Below, one piece after another: positions 1 to 11,743 of a stretch of DNA of 64,000 bases. The DNA is from Phoronis australis. Its lineage: Eukaryota > Animalia > Phoronida. The translations under genes and the position numbers were made by a program. The notes beneath the pieces are model-generated. The model did no database searches and was not told where the DNA came from. It saw only the letters and a list, made by a program, of their open reading frames with translations. Every line of letters starts with the position of its first letter. Within the stretch, counting starts at the first letter, position 1. Where the stretch lies: NCBI GenBank assembly GCA_002633005.1, contig NMRA01000003.1, positions 2,388,124 through 2,452,123 on the forward strand. The letters run 5' to 3'.

Positions 1-676
1 ACCAATAATTTGTCTAAGTTGAGACCGAAGACAAAAATTCAAGAAAGGCCGTTTCATGAACATTTTGTCAGTTTCTGTTCTTCAGTCTTAACTTGGACAG
101 AAATTAAGTCAGGTTTTGACATAGGTCAGCGTACAAACTACAGTTTTGCCTGCTGTTGCGGGCTCACAAAACAAAGCGAGGTGGTGTGTGAAATACGGTT
201 TCAGAGCAAACTTGGCCTTGAAACTCTAAATGAGAATTTAGTTGCAGCAGACTTGGATGCAATTGGGAGCTCTCTTATGTGAGAAGACCCTGGTATGGCT
301 CGCTGGAAGGTATTTCATACATGCAGATAAGTGACCCTACATTGTCTCTACAAGTCTACGCAAGTTTCCCAGTTTCCGAATCAAAAGCAGACAATTTTCG
401 TTAGGGACAGATTGTGAAAAATATGAACGAAATTTGTTTCCCAACAGTTTACTATCATGCTAGTCGTAAGTTTTGGTCATTTAGTCTAAAAGTCCAATCT
501 TAAGTCTAATCCGTAGAAGGTTAGAATTCTGTCCTTGCCATAGACTTATTTGGGTCTTATTTGGGTCTTATTTTGGTCTTAAGAAATTTCATGAAATGAG
601 GCTAAGACATTTTGGTCTTAACTTAGCCCGATTTCAGTCCTAGTTAAAACAGAAAATGTTTCACGAAACTTGCCTC
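1..676. mobile_element. Right part of a probable non-autonomous DNA transposon (PIF/Harbinger-like MITE); left end outside window
   Basis: Recurrent TTTCA(T/C)GAA and GTCTTAA subterminal motifs, an 11-bp CTTATTTGGGT triplet (~545-580), and a TIR-like end TTTCACGAAACTTGCCTC at ~660-676. Confidence 0.35.
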
Positions 677-1911
677 AGGATGATTATGATAACTACCATA
701 TAGAAACATAATAATTGTAATTCCTAACATTTGTACCTTACCTGTGTAAATATGTCCCTTCACTGTTGAACTCTTGAACTACGGTAATGAATTCTTTTCA
801 TAGACTTTGACCTGAATGTCCTGTCATATCATTAAGATAAGAAACTTGTGGTGTAATGCCCAGGTATATGGACATCGGAAAGTGGTCAATTTTTTTGAAA
901 AAGAAATCTTTTATAAGTTCAATGCTATGTAAAAAAATAACCACTTCTTAAAATAAAGTTCAATTTTTTGTCAATTCAATCCTATTTGATAAATTCAATA
1001 TTGTTTAGAAGATTCAGTACTTTTTTAACAATCGTATGTCATTTTAAAAATTCAGTGCTACAGCATGAATTCAATGCGAAGTGGACAAAATTGATCCTAT
1101 TTTGCAGATTCAATCAACATTCGGAAATTTAGAGTGTTGCGGAAATTTGATCCTGTCGTCCATAAATGGAATTTGCCCTGACAATTGCAAATCTAGCATG
1201 TTTTGAAATTCCCGTGGATTGTTCATGTGTTTTGTGCTATCCACAGATAGACGATGTGAGTCTAAGTATTTTATTATGTTCATGGTTCCAGTAGCTATAA
1301 GGCTCGTTCCTACTAACTTAAGTTCAGTATGAGCGAAGCCTTGATGTAAATCGTGAGGTTAGTTTTTTGTTGTTTTTTAAAGGAAACGTGCTTTAGCCAA
1401 GGGCTCATATACAGCATCAAAGTATTCTCAAGGTAGTGCTGACGTGGCAGGTTTTTTGTCCGGTGTGTGTTAACGTTTTTTAATGTGACAAGTTGAGAAC
1501 ATTTAAATGTGGTCATTGACGTAAAACTTATTTTTAATTCCAATGGTGATTACTTGAGCAAAATACAAAACACATGCGCACTTCATGACATCGATTAAGG
1601 TCATTTTTGCCCGGGAGCACAAAACTTGAAGTGTTTTTATTTTATTCCGGAAATGTGGCCAAAGGATTTAGAGATATTTTTTTGCATTTTACTACGATGT
1701 AATTGCTTACCTGGTCTGGCCATGTCAGGGGATCGTGCCAGATACGGCGATCGTCTTGTGTTTTTAACTGGGAGTTCTATGAACTGATTATCTTAATTTT
1801 GTTAAATACTGTAGGAATGGCGGAGAAAATGATAATGTAAAGAGTGACAGATTATGGTTCAAAAGTGAACATAAAAATATCAAGGAAATTGTGAAAAAAT
1901 AATTTCATATA

Positions 1912-2978
1912 TTATTATGCGCCCACATATTTATATGTGGACGCATTATGCCGTCATCTCCGTCCGTCCGTCCGGCGTCCGCTGCTCTATCTCCAAAACC
2001 CTTTGACATACGTTCATGAAATTTGGCACATATGTTCCATTCATGAATGGGACGGCATGTGCGAACTTTCGGACAAATTCGACTACCGGTGTGCCCCCTA
2101 AAGGCAATTTTAGTTTTTTACGCTTACCTTTGTATCTTCAAAAGTCCTGAACGGATTTTCATGAAATTTGGTATGTAGGCACCTATTAGTGAGATGACGC
2201 TATCCTGCGGTTTGCAGATGGATTCGACATAGTTTGCGCCACCTAGTGGCCATGTTTAGTGTTTTCGAGTCTGTTTTTATGCGTCCACCCCTCTATCAAT
2301 CAAACCGCTCAAAGGATGATTGTGAAAATTGCCGTGTATGTGCTTACTATAAGGAAGACAGCTGACAACGATTTTCAGACGATTTGGACTACTGTGGCGC
2401 CTCCTAGTGGCAGTTTTGTTTTTTTGCGCCCATGGCTGTATCTCCCAAACCGTTTGCAGGATCTTTACTAAATTTAGCAAGTGTATTTATGTGATGTTGA
2501 CAACGGACGATGACGACTTTAGGATGATTCTGACTACCGGTATGCCTCTAGTGGCAATTTTAGTATTTGCCTCTAGTGGCAATTTTAGTATTTTACATTG
2601 ACCTCTGTATTTTCATAGGTCTTCAGGTGTATACTTTGTGTTACTTCGTGACTATGAAGGAAAAGTTCCAAGTAGAAATTTGTTTCTGGCATTCTAATGC
2701 TGTGCTAATCTCGTATGTTGGTAAATTTGTTTTTAATTCTATGTTTCTGTGGTGCTTTAAGCAACTGGTGTATAGGATGTGCTTGTATTAGGAAGATTAC
2801 TCACATTTTGCCCCTAGCCTATTGAGGAGACAATGACCATGCCTTTCCATTTTGCTAAGTACAACATACTACATATATGCCCTCTACTGGCCACTTTATG
2901 GTACCAATAAACAACCCTAGAAGGATACCGTATGCGGTGCAATTGTGGGCGCATTTCAACGCTCTGCGTTGCTCTTGT
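1912..2978 (+). mobile_element. Non-autonomous Helentron/HINE-like element, family A, complete copy 1
   Basis: 5' sub-TIR ATGCGCCCACA (1917-1927) in a hairpin with ATGTGGACGCAT; (GTCC)n tract ~1960-1975; ~145-160-bp internal subunits; 3' sub-TIR TGTGGGCGCAT (2944-2954); terminal hairpin CAACGC-TCT-GCGTTG (2957-2971) then CTCTTGT. Matches DINE-1/HINE architecture; homologous copies at 14558, 44770 and 63934. Confidence 0.8.
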
Positions 2979-3449
2979 GTAAATATTGCTATTGTGCAGC
3001 ATGTCTAATTTCAGCTCTGCGCAGGAGATTTCAGTATAATTCTGATTCTCCTATTAATGGCCTATTATATCATGTTAAAAGTCCGGTTACCCCATGTCAA
3101 TGTGTTTTACTTTTGACTTTCTTTGCATTAGGCTGTTAATTATACTTATCATTTTTAGTCGTTCAGTAATAGAGTGTCATTAGTGCAACTATGAGTTTCA
3201 TTAGTGTAACTATATCTCTTAATACCATTGGTTGGTTAGAGGGTCTATATCAACCCATGGAGGTTGATGGGATTTTCCAGGTGGTCGATAAAAACCGAGT
3301 ACTCAAACCTGCTGCAAATGCGCCGAAAGCGTTCTTTACAGTAGAAATGCATTTTCACTGTCTTAAGGTTATGTTGAACTGTAGAACAATGACTGGTGGG
3401 AATCATGTTAAACTCTGGTGCTGTGATTTATACACTGTTCTCTATAATG

Positions 3450-3700
3450 CTGTTAGGAATTCTTTTTAAAATGGTAGACTTTTGCATGAGGGATTATCAA
3501 AAAATAGGACTTGTATGATTTTTATAAAAAAAGTGATAAAAGTTGCGTAAAATGAAATCCAAATGATAATTTAGAAAACCGTAATGGCGTTTTTGAGAAT
3601 TTATCTTGATCATTTATATCTTACGAAATTGCTGTTATCGATCCTCTTGTTTTGCTATGAATGTACCTTTCTGTTTTAATAAATTTTATCAAAAAAGCAT
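3450..3700 (+). repeat. Dispersed repeat fragment shared with 12540-12780
   Basis: TGTTAGGAATT..TGCATGAGGGAT(T/C)ATCAAAAA(A)TAGGAC..TAAAATGAAA..TTTAGAAAAC(C/T)GTAA is collinear in both places. Confidence 0.6.
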
Positions 3701-3724
3701 TATCATATGACCTAATTGATATGA

Positions 3725-3815
3725 TCACAAGGGCATAGATTTTCTTTGGGTCTGACTGCTGTGGTGCCCCCTAGTGGCAATTTTTCCCAGTACCTCAATA
3801 TTTACCAAGTTCCTT
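3725..3815 (+). repeat. Isolated fragment of a HINE family A subunit
   Basis: GACTGCTGTGGTGCCCCCTAGTGGCAATTT matches the subunit junction seen in 1912-2978. Confidence 0.5.
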
Positions 3816-5409
3816 GATGGATGTTATGGTGACAATTTAGGTTTTCCTTGCCTATGGCTCTTTATCAGGTCCCGCGATGCCTTGATTTAGGGCTGAATAT
3901 CAGTCCCATTCCTCTGTGAAGTGTATTTAAAAATTGTGTGAAATTACCTCCAGGTCATAAAGATGTATTTGCTTGCTCCTAACTATACTAATGTATAGCA
4001 GGAAGTAAACTACAATGCCATTTTAACATAATGTACGCTAAACAAATTGTAGTTGTATTCATTGAGAACTTGTAAATGTGAAAGCAGTAACTTCTGCTAA
4101 TAGGTGACCTTTGCACTCATGACGTACCTCGCAGGCTGACATAGCCCGCATCATGTAGATTCCCCAACACCACTGTGTCACGATACTCAGTGGACACGGT
4201 TCAGTGATTTGCGGCAGATCATCTTCGCCACAAAACTCATTTTTAAAAACATTTGGCAATTTTCAACCTTCTTGGTATTCATGTCATCGCTGTGTGTTTT
4301 TCTAACTAATTTGGCCAAGCAATCACAGAGATAAGGAATTAGCTTTCAAGTTTCCCTTTAATATTCCGTTCCAATTCCTATCAAGGTTAGTATCACTTCT
4401 TCAAAGCATTAGTTTTGGTTGGCTACTAGACGCAATTGCATATACAATGTGTTGTATCGACCCAGGGGGTAGTGTAGTTGGTGTTTGGTACTGTGACAAA
4501 ATTCCTTTCAGCCAAAAAATTCCTCTCTCGGAAGACATAAGCACCTTACCCCTTAGGTGAGCAAGGGCCCTGATGATAGATATTCATGAAATTTGGCAAA
4601 TAAGTTTCTATCGAGGACCGTCAACACTTGCCTCGTTTCTGATAGATTTTAGTTATGCTGCACTGCACATTGGCCTTTTTACTTCTGTATTATTTGATAC
4701 TAATGAACACTCCCAGAAGATACTGTTTGAGGGTGCAGTCCTGGGTGTATTTTAATCCTTAGTTCTTTTGTTTATCAGATTGGGAGTGACAATAACAATC
4801 AACAGACAATCGTGTGCAAATCGTGTACAAATTGGCATGACAGTCAACTGCAGATCATCGGGTGAGCGACTGCCGATATCAACCTACATTGTTTGATATT
4901 ATGATCCACTGCCATTGAAATTCAATAGGGTATTAGAAAAATGTATTTGCTCGATGATGCACTGATTACTAGTTTTTTATGAGGTTGCCCTGTTGATTCT
5001 CCCAATGATCTAGCGACACCTGTTTGGCGTCGTATGTATTCCCTCTACCTTGACCGTTGATAGCGGTGTTGATGATGTATGACAGAGTTCCCAGGGGGAC
5101 TGTGATGAAACTATGTTAGCTGATCGCTGGCCTATAACTTAGTGCAAGTATGGTTGCTTTAGCCTGTCTGTTTTCTTACATCAGAGCACTAAAACTTGTG
5201 TGCTAAGTTGTTCACCTCCAACAAATTGGTTGCTCATATTAGTGCAGTCAGTGACTGGTCTCATGAGCCAATTAAAAATTCCAGCGCAATAAAAACCACC
5301 AGTAATGAGCAAATATTGGTTTTTAAGACGACTTGAAATAACGTGCTTTCCCATTAGAGGCGAAACTTCGCTTTTACCAAAATTTCGGTAAGTTTACTCA
5401 CTTCGAAAG

Positions 5410-6673
5410 TGGCAAACTCCAACAACCGACGAAATTACTGCAGTCTCAATTATTCTCGTGAACATATCCTCAAGACTTGAAAGAAAGTCTTGGTGATGAG
5501 TTCGTAAAGTTCTGTAAATTGCTAAAAATGGAGCTAGGTAGTCATAATGGCAGCCAAAACATTCAAGGTCCAATAAAGATACAATGTATCAGTTTATAAA
5601 GTCTGGAGCCATGTTTTCCAAAAGTTGAAATTGTTTTAAGGGCTTTTCATACTAACGTCGACGCGTCAGATGGTTTGGGGAGTTGCGATCAGTATTAACG
5701 CTTAACTCCGGTCCTGGATCGTAGTTAACATCTCCAGTTAACATCGCAGTTAACAGGTGGATTTAATAGCATAGCGTCGACGCTGCAGTGCAGTATGAAC
5801 GGTTAACTTCGGTCCAGTCGAAGTTATCGCCAGGTGCCACTGTTATTGTCAACAGTTACAGGATAGTGCCGTCACTAATAGCTGCTTATATTTTGCTCTA
5901 ATAATAACCAGTCGATTTAAAAATAAGTTTTATGTCATTTAGCACATGTAAATGTTTCCAAATTGTCACATTGATTGCGATAACTTCGATGACGACAGCG
6001 GCACCAACCGCTTATTTCGATGTTCATTAGCTACCGAAGCCAGTTTGAACGGTCCAGTTAACTTCGCTGTTTACGTCGATGCTCCGCTCAGACCAGAGTT
6101 AAGTCAATATGAAAGGGCCTTTAGTGCTTAAAACCACCAATACCATATCAAAAATACCAAAAAACCCTACCTGTCGATCAACTGTCAAATTAGAGCACCC
6201 GAAATTAGCTGATCTCCATTTTGAGCATTTATTGGTCGATACATATTGCATAGAATCGGGACGACCAATCACTGCCATTGGTCATCCTTTCATCCTGTTT
6301 GCTGTGAAAAGTCATCAGATCAATCATTGCCGTGCCTGTTTTTTCATAACTGATAGTATAATAAAGAAGAGAATAGATGTGACCGTTGTAATATGCAGTG
6401 TTATGAAGGTTTAATGATGCAGACCACGTAGTCATTTGTCATAACAAGTTAATTGGCAAGAATCTACCTGCCTCTCTTGATTACTAATTGCTACTGTGAA
6501 TGCTCATTTTCAAGACTAGACTGATGAAAAATAATCTTAGTATCATCACGCGTCAGACAAGGTTGAACAGCCTCGCACTGATGAGTTTTGAACACGAACT
6601 GTTACATAAACGTTGACGTTTCATCTATAATTGACCATTTCGTCAATGCGAAGTGCAGAAAATGGCATTGTAA
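5410..6673 (+). pseudogene. Decayed hAT transposase C-terminus (hATC dimerization domain), interrupted by insertion 5641-6460
   Basis: Manual translation with frameshifts gives TYPQDLKESLGDEFVKFCKLL...MYQFIKS..FPKVEIVL | RIYLPLLITNCYCECSFSRL.LMKNNL..TRQTRLNSLALMSFEHELL..VDVSSIIDHFVNAKCRKMAL*, matching the hATC pattern FP...LRIYL...TNCSGERSFS.LK.IKN.LR....RL..LA; hAT-like right end AATCTGACCCTG at 7081-7092. Confidence 0.8.
5640..6119. mobile_element. PIF/Harbinger-like MITE nested in the hAT remnant
   Basis: Imperfect TIRs GGGCTTTTCATAC / ATATGAAAGGGCC, preceded by TAA; GTTAAC-rich subterminal repeats. Confidence 0.6.
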
Positions 6674-9194
6674 GCTGACCAAATGCAAGGACCACCTTGG
6701 ACATTAAACTGCCAGGTGAGCTGTCTGCCTTAAGTGCCGAACAGCAGCTGAGGTGACAGGTCACATCAAGGCTTCAAGGACAGAATGAACCAGTTCATGC
6801 AACTATATACTAGTTTATTCAATCATTGTCACATTTTCACACCTTGGCATGAGCAGTCGTCTCGGCTATGGTTCATTTAAAACTGACTGCTCAGCCAGTC
6901 GCTTCAGTATCTTGTCGCTTGCAGCGGCCCTAGGTGTGTTTTAAAACTTTGTCAAGTGGGTGTAGAAGTGGTCTCAATTGATTTCCTTCTTAAAAGTGAA
7001 AATTACACGTATTTTGCTTTTGCTTTGAGATAATCGTTTTATGAACATTTGAGGAGGCCCCCCCCTGCCGGCAATTGCGTAATCTGACCCTGATGATTAC
7101 TCGCACAGAGGCGATAGGTAGAAAAATGCCGATATGTCGTCAAAGCTGTAAAGGGAGATGCAGATTTGGAAAACATCAAACATTCACTGCGATCACTGGC
7201 CAGGATACTACTGAACACTGAATCTGGCTATTTCCATTATAATGTCATTGATGTGATCGAAGTCGGGCCAATAAGTGGTTAAATGGTGGGAGGCATTCTC
7301 GGCAAATTGCAAGTACTTCACTCGTTGCAAATCTGTTTTTATATTTGATTGCAAAGAGGTTGCAGAGCATATTTTGCATATGCGTGCTTTAATGGCAGGA
7401 TTAATTTTACTGCAAGACTTATGATTAGCACTTGGAAATTCAACTTGTGCGGACGTAATTTTTGGTTATCGAGAGCAATCGAACAGACGTAAATGTCAAG
7501 CTCTATAATGTTGTATTCCTATAAGAGAAACTCCAGTCTATCGAAACTTCATTGCAGCTTCCCTTAACTTTGAATTCCTAGTAACTCCCCTCTGCCAGAG
7601 ATTTTGGAGTTACGGCTTAGTTCTAGGGATTAAACACCAGATGGAATAGTTAATTTGTACTGAATTAAGTACACGTTTCGCATGTCATGACCTCTAACAA
7701 TTACTCTAATTAGAATGGAGTTAAATTTTTCCATTGTAGGAGAGTAGTACAACTCCGAAGTTTAATCCACCAATTTTGAAAGCTTTAATTCTTGTTTAAG
7801 TCTGGGAGTTGCCATTTTCCAGACTGCAACACCTCAATGGAGTTGCGGCATTGATGCGAAAGCGACATAAGTGTCTCCCTCCCTTGGGTCCTTGAAACAA
7901 CTACATTAAACACTCACTAAGCATATCTCTTGAATGCACTAATTGAAAAGTAGACTGGTGTCATTATTTCGTAAGTGATTAAGCGGTGGAAAATATGTCG
8001 AGCATGAATGAAAACCACCCATTTCTGCGTAGTCGATAGGGAAGACATTCTTACTTTATTTTTTGCCCCAGCTATATTTATAGTACCGTTGTTGTCATTT
8101 TAACATGCTACCTATCATCAACAAATTTGAAATTAAATTAATTATGTTTTAATCGTGAGACATTAACACTTAGCCTGATTGATTTTCCTGGTTTAATCAT
8201 GAAATTACGTTTACAACACCTGATTCTAAAATTGTTATGTTCTGAAGCAGACTTGCTCTGTTCAGCATAATGGTTTCAATTTATCTGGCCATTCTCAGCG
8301 AGATGCTCCCTTATTCACCTTGACATGTTTAAATCATGACCTTTTTGTTTTTATATTGGACTATTCCTCTCATGTTTATCAGTTGTCTTTTGACAGGACA
8401 GTCATAAATGATAGGATTTTGTGAACTTTGCTCAATTCCAGTAATGTATAACACAAGCACTTGTCCCATGTCATGAAGCTAGCCCCTGAACTTTAGCTGA
8501 CTATCCATGTGACTCTTCTTTGACCCTCCATGGCAATTTTATTCCTAATTTCATGTGGCCACCAGGAGTAATGACGACTGTATTTCCTGTCGCGTCACTT
8601 TTTAATTGTCTTTCACCTGCATTGTTCTGTTTGCTGTTTTTTTGCGAACATCTTGTGCCAACCTGGGCTCAGATGTTACATAGAAAGCCTGGTGCAATTA
8701 ACTGTTAAGTGATTCCAGCGGCTTGTGTAGCTTCAGGTGAATTGATTGCATTAATGGTAAGGTGTCTGGACTCATGTTTGATTTTGCGGTGATTTGCATA
8801 ACCTAATAATCTGTTTTTGGGTCTATTTTTGTTTTGTGTAAAATAATATTTGATTTCTTTTACTTGAGCTTAATAGCGACACTAAATGTATAAAGTGTAT
8901 TCTATGTCAGAAAAAGATTTAAATTGTTGAAATGTCATGATTGCTAAACCATGTACTCGCTAGGCTGAGCATCCTGACAGAGGAAAGCTGGCTATTTGGT
9001 TTTACAAGAAATCAGCAATGCCTCCAATGTATGGTCCACCCTTTTGATTTATGTTGCCGTCTCCAGAAAAAAGGAGAAAGTCGGTTTCTGTCCTCCACCA
9101 AATATTCAGACTAATGGATCGAGGAACACTATTAATTTGTGGCAAAATTGAAAAAGGCACAGGCCTTAATTATTAAAATCATTGAATTAGCATG

Positions 9195-9412
9195 AAAAAA
9201 GTAGGAATCGCAGGCGGTCTAGCATGTTGTACAAGACGCATGTAGGTCACTGATGTGGGCCCAATGGCACTGATCATCGGGAACCATTTTATATAGTAAA
9301 ACCGAGCTGAAGAGCTAGAGAACTGACTCAAGGGTCTAGCAGTGTGCCCCAATGGGACTTGAACCCCCGAGCTTGAGTGAAGGAAGCGGACCACCGGGCC
9401 ACACTGCATCTT
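9195..9412 (-). mobile_element. tRNA-derived SINE, family 1, copy 1
   Basis: Minus strand shows A-box TGGCCCGGTGG and B-box GGTTCAAGTCC; body homologous to 25195-25420 and 45643-45820; degraded TSD ATTGAATT(A/T)GCAT at 9181-9193 and 9420-9432. Confidence 0.75.
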
Positions 9413-10638
9413 CCAAAATATTGAATTTGCATATCACTTTCGACCTTGTCTTCACTGTTCCTCCATTTGTAAACAAGGATTATCTCATTCCGATTTTGTG
9501 TGATATCATTGAATAGTAACTGAAGCCAGCTCTAAATTGCCATTAGTAATGAATGAAATCATTGAGATTCTTCCCAATTCTGATTGGATGAAATGTGTGC
9601 TGTCATGAACTGCTGTATATTTATTTTCACTACTGGATCACTCTAAAGGACCTGGGTTGTTTGGAATGACATCTACCCAATGTACTTGCTATGTACTGGG
9701 ATTCTTTATAGGTGGTTTTTCAAAAACTTCAAATCGATCTGCTAATGACAGTTGTCATAAGCTAAGGTAATTAATTTATAAATAATCCTTTGAAAACCTC
9801 GTGAATGGATATTTTTGCAAACTACTTTTGTTCTCAATTGCTTATTTGCAGTTTAAACATAGTGGTTTTACTAGTGTTGGCCTATGTATCAGCCACTGCT
9901 TAGTGTTGCGAGGTTTGTACAAAGTTGTGAATGGAGCACCAATGCGTGCCCATAACATTGAAATCTTAGATTTAAGTTCTGTCTGGTCACGCAGCCATAG
10001 GTCTAAAAACCTCATCATTTTGCCTCCTTTCAAAAACTAACTCATTCAAATACAAAGCAGTGCTAGTGTTTCTCTAGAGATGTTGGGGACAGTATAATAT
10101 ACTACTAAAATTACGATTGGTGCAATCAATGAAATCGGTACATGACGGAATTACTTCCTTTTGTTAAATCCGACGAGCAGGACTAGGCTATCACCTGTCA
10201 GTCTCTCTTCAGGTCGACCTGAAGCGGAAATGGGATACTTTCCATTAACTTGACGTACCCCAGTGTGAACTGTTACCTTAAAAACATGCCTGGTTTTCAT
10301 AATCCTGTTCAGATGGAAACTAGTTTGATGCATTTCTTAGAAATACTTGTCCCTGGTAAAAGAACGCTACTGTAAACTCTCGCACCAATTTCAGACAAAG
10401 GCGTTTGCCAAAATTGATATTTTTTCATTTCTTAAAAGTTTCTAGCATGTTGGAAAAGCCCTCAAAATCTCTAAACATTGTCTAATGGTAGGCATGGTAT
10501 AGAAATAGAACAAAATATGAAGTCCGTCATGTTAACGCTCTACATTGGTAATTAATAGAGAAAGTCACAAAAACTACTGATTTGTGCAGGATGCGCTCAT
10601 GGCATAAGTTTGAATCGTTAAGAGAACTTTTTTTAGTA

Positions 10639-11743
10639 CCGTAATCGTTCGGGTTAACGCCCTGGGCGGTTAAATTGGCGAACCCAAAAAATCGGGGGTG
10701 GGCGGTTAACTAGACATGGGCGCTTAAACGTGAAATTTCAAGAAATCGGGGGGGGGGCGGTTAACTGAACATGGGCGCTTATTACGACAGGCAACCGCCC
10801 TGGGCGGTTAATCTTACCTTATGATCTGAGTCACCACACGTACTAAGCCACATACTGGGATCGCCTAACACTTTGAAAAGAACTTTATCGCCACCAAGTG
10901 CGTACTCTGCGCACTCTAATTAACAAATAGTTTCGAAAATGTAGAGTGTGGTCAAACTCCGAACGCTTGCATAGAAAGTTTGCTACATAATATGGCGCCT
11001 CAGGTGAGACCGATTATTGCGAANNNNNNNNNNNNNNNNNNNNNNNNNNNNNNNNNNNNNNNNNNNNNNNNNNNNNNNNNNNNNNNNNNNNNNNNNNNNN
11101 NNNNNNNNNNNNNNNNNNNNNNNNNNNNNNNNNNNNNNNNNNNNNNNNNNNNNNNNNNNNNNNNNNNNNNNNNNNNNNNNNNNNNNNNNNNNNNNNNNNN
11201 NNNNNNNNNNNNNNNNNNNNNNNNNNNNNNNNNNNNNNNNNNNNNNNNNNNNNNNNNNNNNNNNNNNNNNNNNNNNNNNNNNNNNNNNNNNNNNNNNNNN
11301 NNNNNNNNNNNNNNNNNNNNNNNNNNNNNNNGTGTAGACGCCAGCGCGGTTCCTAAAGTTTGCGAACATGAGAAGAAAAGAAAGTGACAAAGTGTTCAAG
11401 TATTACATTTTGAAGTTAATCGATGACCCGTTACAATAATTTGTTACTGGTATCATAATTCACATTGCTAAACCGCGGTCTCTGAGGCCGTCGTTGCACT
11501 CAATGTTATCATCGATCTTAATCTAAAAGGTCGGGGATTCGCGTTTCCTATTAGCACAGGGCGGTAATCACCAATCGTCAAAAGTAGGGGATGGGCGCTT
11601 AACCGAGAGGTGGGCGCTTAATTGGAAATCTTCAAAAATAGCAGGGGGGCGGTTAACCGAGCAGTGGGCGGTTAAATCGAAAATCCACCTAAAGTAGGGG
11701 TGGGCGGTTAACTGAGCATGGGCGTTAACCCGAACGATTACGG
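10639..11743. mobile_element. Tc1/mariner-superfamily (Tc2/pogo-like) non-autonomous element with CCGTA ends; contains an N gap
   Basis: Perfect 24-bp TIR CCGTAATCGTTCGGGTTAACGCCC / GGGCGTTAACCCGAACGATTACGG flanked by TA on both sides; multiple TGGGCG(G/C)TTAA subterminal repeats. Confidence 0.85.
11024..11331. other. Assembly gap (308 N)
   Basis: Run of n characters. Confidence 1.

Noticed and set aside
741-800. Minus-strand peptide KEFITVVQEFNSEGTYLH before a CAG|GTAAGG donor, faintly NHL-repeat-like
   Set aside because: In-frame stop just upstream, weak acceptor, too short to assign
1704-1740. U1 snRNA-like start (CTTACCTGG) or a minus-strand micro-exon ATG GCC AGA CCA G|GTAAGC
   Set aside because: Sequence after CTTACCTGG does not follow U1; the micro-exon is only 13 coding nt with no supported partner exon
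7118-7282. ~55-codon open frame VEKCRYVVKAVKGDADLENIKHSLRSLARILL...
   Set aside because: No recognisable family or convincing splice sites; length expected by chance
10980-11399. ORFs of 106-138 aa
   Set aside because: They only run through the N gap
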